Virus record (IMG/VR): IMGVR_UViG_3300025277_000015
Length of the DNA stretch: 64,000 nt
Reading direction: 5' to 3' (one strand)
DNA from: an uncultured virus (IMG/VR IMGVR_UViG_3300025277_000015)
Lineage: Duplodnaviria > Heunggongvirae > Uroviricota > Caudoviricetes
Each line of letters begins with the position of its first letter. The first letter of the stretch is position 1. A model generated the notes under the pieces. It saw nothing but the letters and a program-made list of their open reading frames with translations, was not told the origin of the DNA and searched no databases. The translations under genes and the position numbers were made by a program. This document shows, piece after piece, positions 20,562-29,784 of the stretch.

Positions 20562-20590
20562 TATACTCTCCTTTGCCTATCGAGAATTTA

Positions 20591-20619
20591 TATATAGTAT
20601 CTATTGATACGCTAGTCAA
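20591..20619 (-). promoter_or_regulatory. Putative sigma70-type promoter
   Basis: Minus strand TTGACT-17 nt-TATATA, upstream of the 20561 start. Confidence 0.5.
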
Positions 20620-22147
20620 GTACCTCGTTGTAAAGATCTATCAACTTTGTGTGAACGTTGATTCTCTTATCTAATAACCTGTAAACGTGTTTTTCTGCGG
20701 CAGAACCTTGGAGTTGCACAACGGTAGATTTATGTACCTGTCCTGACCTATGCACCCTAGCGTTGGCTTGTTCATAAGTTTCTAGCGAACTCGTCGGCCC
20801 CCACCAGACCACTGTGTTAGCGGCTGTTAACGTGACACCATGTGCGGCGGCTTGTGGTTGGATTACCAGCACACGTGGGTTCGGGGTTGTCTGAAAGGTT
20901 CTGAATATCTGTGTTCGTTGAGGTGCAGATACATCGCCACGTATAACTTCAGTTGTTATACCCTCTGACCGTAACTTGTCTGTTAAGATGTCTATGACAT
21001 GCTTAAAGGGTACAAACACTAAGATCTTTTGACTTGATTCGTCAATTACTTCTCGAAGCACTTTGTATCTATGCTTGATATCAAACTCTAGTGTAGACCC
21101 ATCATCAGTATATACAGCCCCTGCCGATATCTGTAGGAGTTTGTTCAGACTTACCGCCGCGTTCATAGCCGTGACCTCTGCCCCTGTAATCTCCATTACT
21201 AACTTGTCTTTGAGTTGTTTGTAGTATTTCTTCTGTTGCCGTGTGAGTTCTACCTCACGCTTTACATACACCATTGGTGGTAAGTCCAAGCACTCTTCCT
21301 TTGTAAACCTAACCGCAGGTTGTAGTGCTTTGAACACGACCTCTGTAGCATCGGGCTTGGGTCTCCATGTAAACTGAGATACCCTGTGCATAACTTGGTC
21401 TTTGAATGACCCAAAGAACCTTGGCACTGATCTGGGGTTGACCATCTTAGCTAGACCATAGGCATCTGTTGGAGCTTGCGCGGCGGGTGTACCTGTCATC
21501 ATCCACAGCCATGTATCTTCGTTAATTAGCTTGTTCAGTGTCTTCCAACGTGTCGTTTGTGCGTTCTTATAGTGGGTCGCTTCATCAACAATCACTAGGT
21601 CAAAGCCACCTTTCTTTATCTCATCAGCTACAATAGCAACGCCATCATAGTTAATGATTACATACTCAGACCCTTCTTCAATAATCTTTTTACGTTTTGC
21701 CGCCGCACCGTGAGCCACGGATACTGTCCTGTGGGTAGCAAAGGTAAACAAGTCATCACGCCATGCGCTATCCATGATTGACAGCGGGCAGATAACCAAT
21801 ACACGTTTTATTAGTTTTTGTTGTAGTAAATAGTCCGACGCCCATATCGCACTAGCTGTCTTGCCTGTACCCTGCTCGTTAAAACAAAAGGCTCTCTTGT
21901 TCATTGTCAAGAACCCTGCTGTTGTCTTCTGGTGGTCAAAGGGTTTGTGCTTGCCTGTCCACTTGTACCTACCCTCAATGGGTGACGGTGCTTTTATGTT
22001 TAGTGTCTTAAGGCTCGATGCTTCGGCAAGCCCCCAGTTAACTAGTACCTTATTGTCTGGTAATTGTTGGCTCTTTGGTATGAGGGCTGTAACTCTGTTA
22101 GGGTCACGTACTCTAAGCAACAAAGCTTTGTTGTCAATAATCTTCAA
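20612..22147 (-). CDS. SNF2-family (SF2) helicase
   Basis: EQGTGKT Walker A, VDEATH, MTGTP, and QANARVHRSGQ motif VI. Confidence 0.92.
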   Translation of the reverse strand: MKIIDNKALLLRVRDPNRVTALIPKSQQLPDNKVLVNWGLAEASSLKTLNIKAPSPIEGRYKWTGKHKPFDHQKTTAGFLTMNKRAFCFNEQGTGKTASAIWASDYLLQQKLIKRVLVICPLSIMDSAWRDDLFTFATHRTVSVAHGAAAKRKKIIEEGSEYVIINYDGVAIVADEIKKGGFDLVIVDEATHYKNAQTTRWKTLNKLINEDTWLWMMTGTPAAQAPTDAYGLAKMVNPRSVPRFFGSFKDQVMHRVSQFTWRPKPDATEVVFKALQPAVRFTKEECLDLPPMVYVKREVELTRQQKKYYKQLKDKLVMEITGAEVTAMNAAVSLNKLLQISAGAVYTDDGSTLEFDIKHRYKVLREVIDESSQKILVFVPFKHVIDILTDKLRSEGITTEVIRGDVSAPQRTQIFRTFQTTPNPRVLVIQPQAAAHGVTLTAANTVVWWGPTSSLETYEQANARVHRSGQVHKSTVVQLQGSAAEKHVYRLLDKRINVHTKLIDLYNEVLD

Positions 22148-22165
22148 AATACTCTCCAGTATATT

Positions 22166-22417
22166 TTATTTTTTCTTTTTCTTCTGTCCGTTTCTTGCAC
22201 GGTTCTTTGAAGGGCTTTCCAGTCTAGTGCCGTCTTTGTTACTGCCCCCCTTACTTAACATCTTATTGTGACTTACATCTTTACCTTTGCGGTTTATTTT
22301 TTTCTTGTCGTAAGCACGTCTGGCACGTTGCCGTTCCATTCTGTCTGAGTGTTCCCCACGTTCCTTTTGTTTTTTGTATTCTTTCTTGTAGGGTCTAGGT
22401 GATTTAGTATATGGCAT
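22166..22417 (-). CDS. Small basic HNH-like endonuclease
   Basis: DVSHNKMLSKGGSN...SPSKNR pattern. Confidence 0.6.
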   Translation of the reverse strand: MPYTKSPRPYKKEYKKQKERGEHSDRMERQRARRAYDKKKINRKGKDVSHNKMLSKGGSNKDGTRLESPSKNRARNGQKKKKK

Positions 22418-23085
22418 CAGTTACTCCCATTATAAACACATTCAATTACTGCACAGTGGCGTTTACATAATCCGCTCGGATGTGCGTTCCAAATATCGTT
22501 CTCGTATGCTATCTCCATACGCTTGTAATTAGACATCCACTTCTCCCAGAGAGAAGGAATCATATCTTCAGTATACTTATCTTTAACAATATTATTTATT
22601 TTGACAAACAATAATGCGGCGTTCACCTGTTTTATTTCTGGGAAATACTTAAACGTAGCGAGTGCCATCAGCTCTAACTGTCCTTTGTCTGCGTAAGCAG
22701 AAGACTTACCTGTCTTGTAGTCCACGACCCACGCCTTACTATCATCAACAATAACAAGGTCAGCGATACCACGCCACCAAACATTCTTATCTCTAAAGCC
22801 ACAAGGCTCTAGCTCTCTGGTCAACCCCATCTTTATTTCTGTTAACTTCTTACCACGTCTTTTGTTAAGTGACTCCAGGGCCCCCTCCATGTAGGAGAAC
22901 TTACTAGGCACTGGTTTCCCATCTCTTATGTATTCTTCAGCCACAAGATGGGCTTCAGTACCATACCGCATGGCATCTGTTTGTGGTTCTGGGTAATCTT
23001 TAGCTATCTTCATATGGTAAAATTGTTTGGGGCATTGCTCGAACGCCTTAATCTTACTAAATGACCACGGGGCTATACTCATCAA
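22417..23085 (-). CDS. PD-(D/E)XK (RecB/Cas4-like) exonuclease
   Basis: WSFS..FEQCP, GIADL, VVDYKTGK, QLELMA and a C-terminal CxxxCxxxxC. Confidence 0.88.
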   Translation of the reverse strand: MMSIAPWSFSKIKAFEQCPKQFYHMKIAKDYPEPQTDAMRYGTEAHLVAEEYIRDGKPVPSKFSYMEGALESLNKRRGKKLTEIKMGLTRELEPCGFRDKNVWWRGIADLVIVDDSKAWVVDYKTGKSSAYADKGQLELMALATFKYFPEIKQVNAALLFVKINNIVKDKYTEDMIPSLWEKWMSNYKRMEIAYENDIWNAHPSGLCKRHCAVIECVYNGSN

Positions 23086-23396
23086 TGAAGCTTTGATTTA
23101 TCAACCCAAGTAATTTGGATTGTAACCCCACCTAAATTATTCTCTCTAGTTTCAGATGTAAATTCGTCTTCGTGCCCACATTTAACACACAAAGTTTTAA
23201 ATTTAGAATCAACAGCATAAGTAAATTCTGTAAAACTATCGCACTTTCTACAGTCTGCAAACGTGTCAAGAACTTGTTGGATTACATCATCCGATGTTGA
23301 GTCTGTCATAAAGCGTTCAGTTATACCTCGCAAACTTGCGCGATCTAACCTATGTGATTCGCCAAGATCTAATTTTTTTACTTCTTCTTTTTTCAT
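23082..23396 (-). CDS. Hypothetical protein with two CxxC pairs (104 aa)
   Basis: CRKC and CVKC, with ATGA overlaps at both ends. Confidence 0.65.
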   Translation of the reverse strand: MKKEEVKKLDLGESHRLDRASLRGITERFMTDSTSDDVIQQVLDTFADCRKCDSFTEFTYAVDSKFKTLCVKCGHEDEFTSETRENNLGGVTIQITWVDKSKLH

Positions 23397-25216
23397 TCAC
23401 AATCTCCATATGATTTGCCTGTACCGCTCTCGCAGTTGATAGGTAGGCCGTCTGCCCAATGAGGTGTCCAACGCATACATTTCTCAATATACTCTTGCGC
23501 TTCTTCCAATACATCGTCCTTTACACAGCATACAATCGAGTCATGTACCGTCAGTACGACACGATATTTCTTAGCTATTTGTAGCATTTGTTCGCCAATA
23601 ATGCAACGCGCTATCGCTTGGCATACGTTCTCGATCACCTTACCGCCATATATTCTGGTGCGACCACGCCTTGTTTTGTAGTCAAACTCTACACCCTTAT
23701 CTGTCTGTGTAAACTGTAGATCATCATAGCCTAGCTTCAGTCCTGATGGTAACAGTATCGCACCGTCAACCACCTTGAGTACACCTTCTAGTCCAAATTG
23801 AATGTTCTCACCACGTGCCAGTCCAGTAAGCATGTTCTGAGCATCGCGCCATAGTTGGTTTATCTTCCAATTCGCTTCTCTGTAGATACTAATAACACGC
23901 CGTGCTTCATCAAGTTCCATGTCAAAACCAAACGTCTGCAACTGTGCTTGGAACTTCACCGCACCCATACCATAACCTGCACCAAGAATTGTAGTCTTAC
24001 CCACAAACCTTTGATTTTTATCAACATCTTCTTCGGGGACTCCGTAGATGCGTGAAGCCATCTTCTTGTAAACATCTTCTCCTGCGTTGAATGATTGGGT
24101 CAGGTCATCTTGCTCGGCAAGCCAAGCCAACACCCTCGCTTCAATCTGTGATGAATCACAATCAATCAGAGAACACCCCACTGGTGCAATGATACTACGC
24201 TTGAGTTTCTTCCCATCGCGTCCACGACTTGGTAGATTTTGCAGATTAATCTTGTCGTCGCCACCCCACCGTCCAGTGTGTGCCGCGTAGTATCTTACAG
24301 GTACAGGCAACAGGCCACGCTTGGATATATCAATGAACCTCTGTGTCCGTGTCTCTTCCAATGTACTTTTATTACCAAGCCTTGCCGCTACAAGAAGTTG
24401 CACCTTCTCGTTCTCATGTTCTTCGAGTGCCTTGAACCCCTCGTCAGACTTAGCAAAGGCAAAGGTCTCTTTACCTGTAGTCGGACTTACCTTCATGGGG
24501 GGCTTCACACCTAACTGCTCTAAGAGTTCAGCAAACTTAGGGTTTGACATAAGATCAGCTTTCTCAACTTTAGCGCTGCGTAACAAGTCATCCTTACGAG
24601 AACGTGTTTCCATGAGATGTTGTTCTAACAGATTCAAATCAAGGTCTAAGATAGGCTCAATAAACATACGCAATGTACGGTCTATCAGCTTGAGTTCATC
24701 CTTTGGAAACCCCTTGACCATGATAGAGAAGAGTTTGTATGTCAGGTCTACGTCATTAATACAGTAGTCACCGAACCTACTTAGTTCTTCCTCTGAGAAA
24801 TCTCTTCTTTTCTTTCCGAGGGTGTTGAGTACCTCGTCTCCTTTAACTCCGATCTGATACCTCTCAGCCAACGCCTTGAGACTACTAGAAGTTTCCACCC
24901 CGTGAAGAGCACGGGAGATACACAAAGTATCGGTATACACGCGAGGATAAATATTGTAATGCCAATTAAGAATAGCACCATCGAACATAGTATTATGGCA
25001 CAGTACCATAGACTTCGCCCAATCAAAGGTGTGTAAGTAACTCTTGAGTTGTTCATGTGTTCCACTCGCCCACTCCGTTTCTTGATTGTTAACTTTGATA
25101 CCAACCCCAATCACTTCAAAGTTGGGGTCACGTACGTACGCTTCAGTTGTCATCTTACGTAAAGATGTTTCCTTGTCATAGAAGGTCTCGAAGTCCAGTG
25201 TAATTAGATCCATCAC
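23393..25216 (-). CDS. polA: Family A DNA polymerase with 3'-5' exonuclease domain
   Basis: ExoI LDFETF, motif A DSSQIEARV, motif B RFVGKTTILGAGYG, motif C TVHDS. Confidence 0.93.
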   Translation of the reverse strand: MMDLITLDFETFYDKETSLRKMTTEAYVRDPNFEVIGVGIKVNNQETEWASGTHEQLKSYLHTFDWAKSMVLCHNTMFDGAILNWHYNIYPRVYTDTLCISRALHGVETSSSLKALAERYQIGVKGDEVLNTLGKKRRDFSEEELSRFGDYCINDVDLTYKLFSIMVKGFPKDELKLIDRTLRMFIEPILDLDLNLLEQHLMETRSRKDDLLRSAKVEKADLMSNPKFAELLEQLGVKPPMKVSPTTGKETFAFAKSDEGFKALEEHENEKVQLLVAARLGNKSTLEETRTQRFIDISKRGLLPVPVRYYAAHTGRWGGDDKINLQNLPSRGRDGKKLKRSIIAPVGCSLIDCDSSQIEARVLAWLAEQDDLTQSFNAGEDVYKKMASRIYGVPEEDVDKNQRFVGKTTILGAGYGMGAVKFQAQLQTFGFDMELDEARRVISIYREANWKINQLWRDAQNMLTGLARGENIQFGLEGVLKVVDGAILLPSGLKLGYDDLQFTQTDKGVEFDYKTRRGRTRIYGGKVIENVCQAIARCIIGEQMLQIAKKYRVVLTVHDSIVCCVKDDVLEEAQEYIEKCMRWTPHWADGLPINCESGTGKSYGDCE

Positions 25217-25374
25217 TCTTTCCCCACGTTATCTTCTTTCGGATAATATACGTCTACATGACACGCACATTTAGGACAGCTTAGGTTAGTTACTATAGAC
25301 CAATTAGAATCTTCTTCTTCTATGTCGTGATCTCCACCCCATATTAACTCCGTTTTACAGTGCCAACAATTCAT
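25213..25374 (-). CDS. Small zinc-ribbon protein (53 aa; not in the ORF track)
   Basis: MNCWHCKTELIWGGDHD...NLSCPKCACHVDVYYP, with TGATG overlaps on both sides. Confidence 0.7.
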   Translation of the reverse strand: MNCWHCKTELIWGGDHDIEEEDSNWSIVTNLSCPKCACHVDVYYPKEDNVGKE

Positions 25375-25817
25375 CATTCTTCCTCCACTTCACACTCATA
25401 AGCAATACCAACGTAGGCCATGATGTCTACGTAGTGGTCTCTCTTGAGTGGACTTGTTCTCCTACGTGCTAACTTTGTAGCAATATGGAACATAGGCACT
25501 TCTGATGGTTTTATCTTGTGCCCTGTCATAGCATTAAATATATTTGCTATGTGGGTCATATTCTCCACAGGGTCACCGTAATCTTTGTTACGTTCACCAG
25601 ACGTAAGGCTCGATGCTTCGGCAAGTAAAACACTGCGGTTAGCGTCTTTCTTGAACTGTTCTTTCACGAAAACTTCTTTTGGTGTACCTACGCGAGCTAG
25701 TGTTTCTTTTGCGTAGCTATATGAACAACCAACCGCCTTGGTAATCTCATCTGCCGTAGCCAGTGGGTTATCTAACAAGTACTCAAATACTTTTTCTTCT
25801 ACTTTCCGTTTCTTCAT
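25374..25817 (-). CDS. DUF6378-like protein with an N-terminal HTH-like segment
   Basis: RNKDYGDP.EN..HIA...KLAR...DHYVDIMAY pattern. Confidence 0.65.
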   Translation of the reverse strand: MKKRKVEEKVFEYLLDNPLATADEITKAVGCSYSYAKETLARVGTPKEVFVKEQFKKDANRSVLLAEASSLTSGERNKDYGDPVENMTHIANIFNAMTGHKIKPSEVPMFHIATKLARRRTSPLKRDHYVDIMAYVGIAYECEVEEE

Positions 25818-25827
25818 TTCTCTCTCC

Positions 25828-26004
25828 CTAAATATTGTAGCCTTTTAATCTCAGCCCTTCTACAAATTTTTTTAACTCTACTTGTGCGGCGTTGTACATT
25901 GTGTCTCCTATCATAGTACGATGTTCATCCGCTTGGCGTTCGTAGTTGTCTACCTGTTTACGTAAGAACGTCAGTTCCTCTTGTTGTGCAGGGGTTAGTT
26001 CCAT
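25828..26004 (-). CDS. Hypothetical protein (58 aa; not in the ORF track)
   Basis: MELTPAQQEELTFLRKQVD...GYNI with a GAGGAG RBS. Confidence 0.65.
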   Translation of the reverse strand: MELTPAQQEELTFLRKQVDNYERQADEHRTMIGDTMYNAAQVELKKFVEGLRLKGYNI

Positions 26005-26234
26005 CGCTCCTCCTCGTTCATATCAAACTCCCATGTCTCTTTATCCCAAGGGTAATAACCTTTGTTCATTGTAAATCCTGCTACAGGTAATGACCGCCCT
26101 CTCTGTATACCACTTTGAATACTCCATCTCATGTTGCATGTGTGGCAATGGTAATAGCTTCTAATCCTACGCCCTACGCGTCTCCATTCTCCTGTCTTTT
26201 CTACTGTGTCACTAAGACACCACTCACACTCCAT
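25995..26234 (-). CDS. Zinc-ribbon hypothetical protein (79 aa)
   Basis: CEWC and CHTC, GAGGAG RBS. Confidence 0.65.
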   Translation of the reverse strand: MECEWCLSDTVEKTGEWRRVGRRIRSYYHCHTCNMRWSIQSGIQRGRSLPVAGFTMNKGYYPWDKETWEFDMNEEERWN

Positions 26235-26382
26235 AACATCTCCTCATGTGCCTCCCATTTACAGATGAGAGGACTAAGCTTATCGTGCCTTACCCGACAA
26301 GATCACCGTATGGAACTTCGGAGGACGGCTCTTGTTGCGGTGGATATCAAGGGCACAAAATATAAAGCCCCCATATACGCCA

Positions 26383-26676
26383 TTACCTCTCACCGCTTAG
26401 TAATACTTCAACGTCATTCATATTCTCTTCATTAACAACTATAGCGATTCCACGCTGTGCGTCTATATCTCTTAAGTTCTTTTCCTGTAATGGTGTAGGT
26501 GTGTTCTTACCTGCTTTACATTCAATACCAAAGAACTTCCCTTGATAGCACCCAACTATGTCAGGCACGCCGCTACCGCCGTAGCCACCTGTGACTGGGT
26601 AAAAGTAATACGCTCCCATAGCTTTAAGGTGTTTAACTACAGTTTTCTTTACCTTCGCTTCTGGTGTCATCGCCAT
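26383..26676 (-). CDS. VRR-NUC domain nuclease (Holliday-junction resolvase-like)
   Basis: TPEAKVK...GVPDIV...FFGIECKA...TPLQ. Confidence 0.88.
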   Translation of the reverse strand: MAMTPEAKVKKTVVKHLKAMGAYYFYPVTGGYGGSGVPDIVGCYQGKFFGIECKAGKNTPTPLQEKNLRDIDAQRGIAIVVNEENMNDVEVLLSGER

Positions 26677-26759
26677 GTTTTTACCTCCAAAAAAACTGGT
26701 TTCACATAGGAGAATGTGGACACCCCCCTATGTTTAATCCCTAGCCATTGGCTAGCATG

Positions 26760-27032
26760 TTAATCTAAATAAAAGGTGTCAGCACCTACAAAGTTAGTCT
26801 TTCGCATACCAACACCTTTAATTTTCCTCCCACGCTCTACCATCATTAACACAGACACGCGGCCTTTGATAAACTCAGGTAGTGCATCCCAATGGTCATA
26901 GCTATCTTCTAATGCATTGTCAACACAATTCATACCAATACATCGTACTCTGATATTATTTGTATCAGGATCTGCCCACACTTGGTATAACGTGTCAGAG
27001 GGAATATCAGATTGAGACATAGTACATACCAT
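26760..27032 (-). CDS. Hypothetical protein (about 86-90 aa)
   Basis: ORF in the early operon; the start is probably the ATG at 27020. Confidence 0.65.
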   Translation of the reverse strand: MVCTMSQSDIPSDTLYQVWADPDTNNIRVRCIGMNCVDNALEDSYDHWDALPEFIKGRVSVLMMVERGRKIKGVGMRKTNFVGADTFYLD

Positions 27033-27870
27033 CTCCCAACGCGTAGCCTACATCCTCAACATACTGATCTTGTGATAAGATGTTTACAACAGATAGCTTA
27101 CCTGCCAGCTCCTGGGGAATCGTATCGTCGGTGTAGGTCTTTAAGCCCTCTGCGTTGAACATCGACCTGTCTCGTAAATAATGTTTGTTAGCGTTATCTA
27201 TCGGCAATACATCAAAGTGTTGCGTACCGAACTTCTCATAAACCTTGACAAGACACAGATTTAACATCTTGGCTTCGGATATTTTATGCTCCTGTTGAGA
27301 CGTTATGAAGTCTTTGACTTGTTGCCCAAACGCGGGGTCTATGAACACATGCCCAGAGTTGGATAGGTGTTCCATCTCACGATACATAGCTTCGCTTGTA
27401 AACAATTTATCTTTAATATCCTTCGCGTTCTTACGTACCTTATCACGTGCCGAACCAAATTGTAGCTTCACGTTGTGTACTGTTTCCACCGCTATGTCAA
27501 TCATATCAAAGTTCTGAAGATACCGCTTCGCATTCTTCACACCGTCTTTCAAATGTATAGACATTGCCATATGACGTTGGTGACTGTAGGTTGAATACTT
27601 CATATTCCGTATCTTATGAGAATACACAACGTAGTTACTGTCTCCCTTACCACTTTCGCGGAAGTCACCAAAGGCAATATACCCCATGCAAAAGGGGTGA
27701 CCTTCCATGTACACATATGCTTGGTACGTATTTTTGTATTCAAACTGTAGACCACGCATCTCTTTACTCAGTTGAAATACAAACTCTTGTATCTCAGGCA
27801 TGATATCAGAGTGTCCTCCTCTATATCCTTTACCTTTAATATCGCTCACGCGTTTTGCTTCATAGTTCAT
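27007..27870 (-). CDS. Hypothetical early protein (287 aa)
   Basis: GAGGAG RBS and long ORF. Confidence 0.8.
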   Translation of the reverse strand: MNYEAKRVSDIKGKGYRGGHSDIMPEIQEFVFQLSKEMRGLQFEYKNTYQAYVYMEGHPFCMGYIAFGDFRESGKGDSNYVVYSHKIRNMKYSTYSHQRHMAMSIHLKDGVKNAKRYLQNFDMIDIAVETVHNVKLQFGSARDKVRKNAKDIKDKLFTSEAMYREMEHLSNSGHVFIDPAFGQQVKDFITSQQEHKISEAKMLNLCLVKVYEKFGTQHFDVLPIDNANKHYLRDRSMFNAEGLKTYTDDTIPQELAGKLSVVNILSQDQYVEDVGYALGDGMYYVSI

Positions 27871-28145
27871 TTTGTTTTCTCCTCTTCTCTATCTTGGTTA
27901 AAACATTTTTTACACAACAATCCTTCTTCGTGGGATTTTAAGTCTTCAGGATAATCCCAACCACACCAAGAACATTCTTTATGCTCATCATAATAAAAGA
28001 TTATGCTAGGCATTTTATCTCCTAGTTTTTTGTCCTTGATCTCAAGTAACTCATCGGCAGAGAGGGTGTCAGCAAATGCCCAATTAGTATGCCCATATTC
28101 GCTATTGCAAATATCATCTATTTGCTCTGTTATATCTCTACTCAT
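27867..28145 (-). CDS. Hypothetical protein with C-terminal CxxC pairs (92 aa)
   Basis: GGAGG RBS, CSWC and CKKC. Confidence 0.7.
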   Translation of the reverse strand: MSRDITEQIDDICNSEYGHTNWAFADTLSADELLEIKDKKLGDKMPSIIFYYDEHKECSWCGWDYPEDLKSHEEGLLCKKCFNQDREEEKTK

Positions 28146-28441
28146 TTTGTTTCCTCCTTGTTATAAAATTCATCATAGGCTTCATAGAAATCAGATTTAT
28201 ACCAACTCCAATCGTCGTAAAAATAGCGTACTTCGCCTTGTCTCCAAACTCCCCATTTGCCTATAAAAGAAAGCCAATTATTTTCAAAATCATCTGGGTC
28301 ATTTCCAAAATCATCATCACCAATTTCGATTGACCCGATACCTTCTTTATAAAAATCCTGATAAGCAAGTGTATCCACTATCTTGTTTGCAAGTTTTATT
28401 GCGTTAACTCGATCAAACACTCTTTTTATATCTTCACTCAT
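28142..28441 (-). CDS. Acidic, aromatic-rich hypothetical protein (99 aa)
   Basis: GGAG RBS and ATGA overlap with the next gene. Confidence 0.7.
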   Translation of the reverse strand: MSEDIKRVFDRVNAIKLANKIVDTLAYQDFYKEGIGSIEIGDDDFGNDPDDFENNWLSFIGKWGVWRQGEVRYFYDDWSWYKSDFYEAYDEFYNKEETK

Positions 28442-29444
28442 TTTGTTTCTCCTTGATTATAATTTCAGCCGACCCTTCTATTGTAGATACGAGTTGACAG
28501 TATTTATTGATGAAGTCGTTGTACCTCGCCCGTAGCGTCGGCAAGTCCACATCACCTCCTAACTTGTTTTCTATATTATCACGTTCACTCCACAGTTGAC
28601 GGTCACGTAAGTACTGCCACACCTCATATTGAAACAGACTTGTTACATGCCTGTGCCACTCTGGATCACATATAACATCAGAAAGATTTTGGTTATGAAG
28701 GGTGTACCAATTTGAATGGCCGCAATGTACCTTAATTTCTTCTTGCATCTTATTGAAGTAATCAAAGTCAGTGCTTGGCAAGATATTGTACATACTCACT
28801 ACATACTCTAGTAGCTTATCACTGTATGGTTTGATCTCTGCTTTACGCTTCTTGTCCACACGCTTCTTGGGGTGCACATACTTATACGTGTCACCACGTA
28901 CACGCCATAGATGCGTGTTCACCTCTCGCTCGAACTCAAGTGGATAGTCACCCTTGGGTAGAAAGTAATCGCGGTCTTTCTGATATTTCTTCCCATCGCC
29001 ATGCTCTATACCAACGTACTGTTTGCCGTTGTCACTGTAGAACACCATGTTACTCGGCAACGCGTTCTCTAGCATAGTGTAGCGTATTGTATGTGCACTG
29101 TTATCTAGTCCGTTGCGTATGCGTATCCGCTCCCTCGTTCCATCGTATGTCCAAAGTATCGGCGCGAACTCCTGTTCTTGTTTGATGTCCGAAGGTTTTA
29201 AGGTGCGCCTGTCATACCACTGTCGTGTATGCTCACCCAGACCATCGTAGTCACCGCCGTCCATCAGACCGTAGCAATTATATGAGAACTTCTTTATACG
29301 TTCCCACTTACGGTTGCGCGGGCCGAGTGGCCTTATGTCATCTGATAGCGAGTGCTTCTTACTCACCATCGGCTTGGTTGTGTTGTACATTTCCTCCACT
29401 CTGTGAAACGTATCCAGATTTGTTTTGTAGTGTCTATATGACAT
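28434..29444 (-). CDS. Hypothetical early protein (336 aa)
   Basis: Long ORF preceded by a palindrome and RBS. Confidence 0.8.
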   Translation of the reverse strand: MSYRHYKTNLDTFHRVEEMYNTTKPMVSKKHSLSDDIRPLGPRNRKWERIKKFSYNCYGLMDGGDYDGLGEHTRQWYDRRTLKPSDIKQEQEFAPILWTYDGTRERIRIRNGLDNSAHTIRYTMLENALPSNMVFYSDNGKQYVGIEHGDGKKYQKDRDYFLPKGDYPLEFEREVNTHLWRVRGDTYKYVHPKKRVDKKRKAEIKPYSDKLLEYVVSMYNILPSTDFDYFNKMQEEIKVHCGHSNWYTLHNQNLSDVICDPEWHRHVTSLFQYEVWQYLRDRQLWSERDNIENKLGGDVDLPTLRARYNDFINKYCQLVSTIEGSAEIIIKEKQNE

Positions 29445-29477
29445 TTTGTTTTTCCTCTCTAGCCAGTGGCTACTTGT

Positions 29478-29774
29478 TTATAATATGTTAAATTTGCTTT
29501 CGTTAGTTATATGGCCTTTAATGAGTTCATATGTATGCTTGTCGATCTCGGTTCGTAGTCCTAGATAGTAACGATCACCCGAAGCATTGGTGTAACACTG
29601 TTCTTCGTCACTCCATTTTGCAGTGCTATTATCAACAGGATCACACCTATCACGCACAATTTCATGGTGTGCATCAAGATCATCTCTTTCGGTTATAAAC
29701 GTAACGGTGTTTACACTGTACATATTACCTGTATCATCAGAGTAATAGCCGATATCTGCTAAGTAATATCTCAT
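29478..29774 (-). CDS. Hypothetical protein (98 aa)
   Basis: AGGAG RBS. Confidence 0.7.
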   Translation of the reverse strand: MRYYLADIGYYSDDTGNMYSVNTVTFITERDDLDAHHEIVRDRCDPVDNSTAKWSDEEQCYTNASGDRYYLGLRTEIDKHTYELIKGHITNESKFNIL

Positions 29775-29784
29775 CTTCTCCTCC

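Noticed and set aside
22417..23085. Cas4-like nuclease as evidence of CRISPR-Cas
   Set aside because: It is a stand-alone PD-(D/E)XK nuclease in a normal phage replication module, with no cas1, cas2 or array.
25757..25769. Near-match to the palindrome (TAGCCAGTGGGTT)
   Set aside because: Two mismatches and inside a coding region; not counted among the ten copies.
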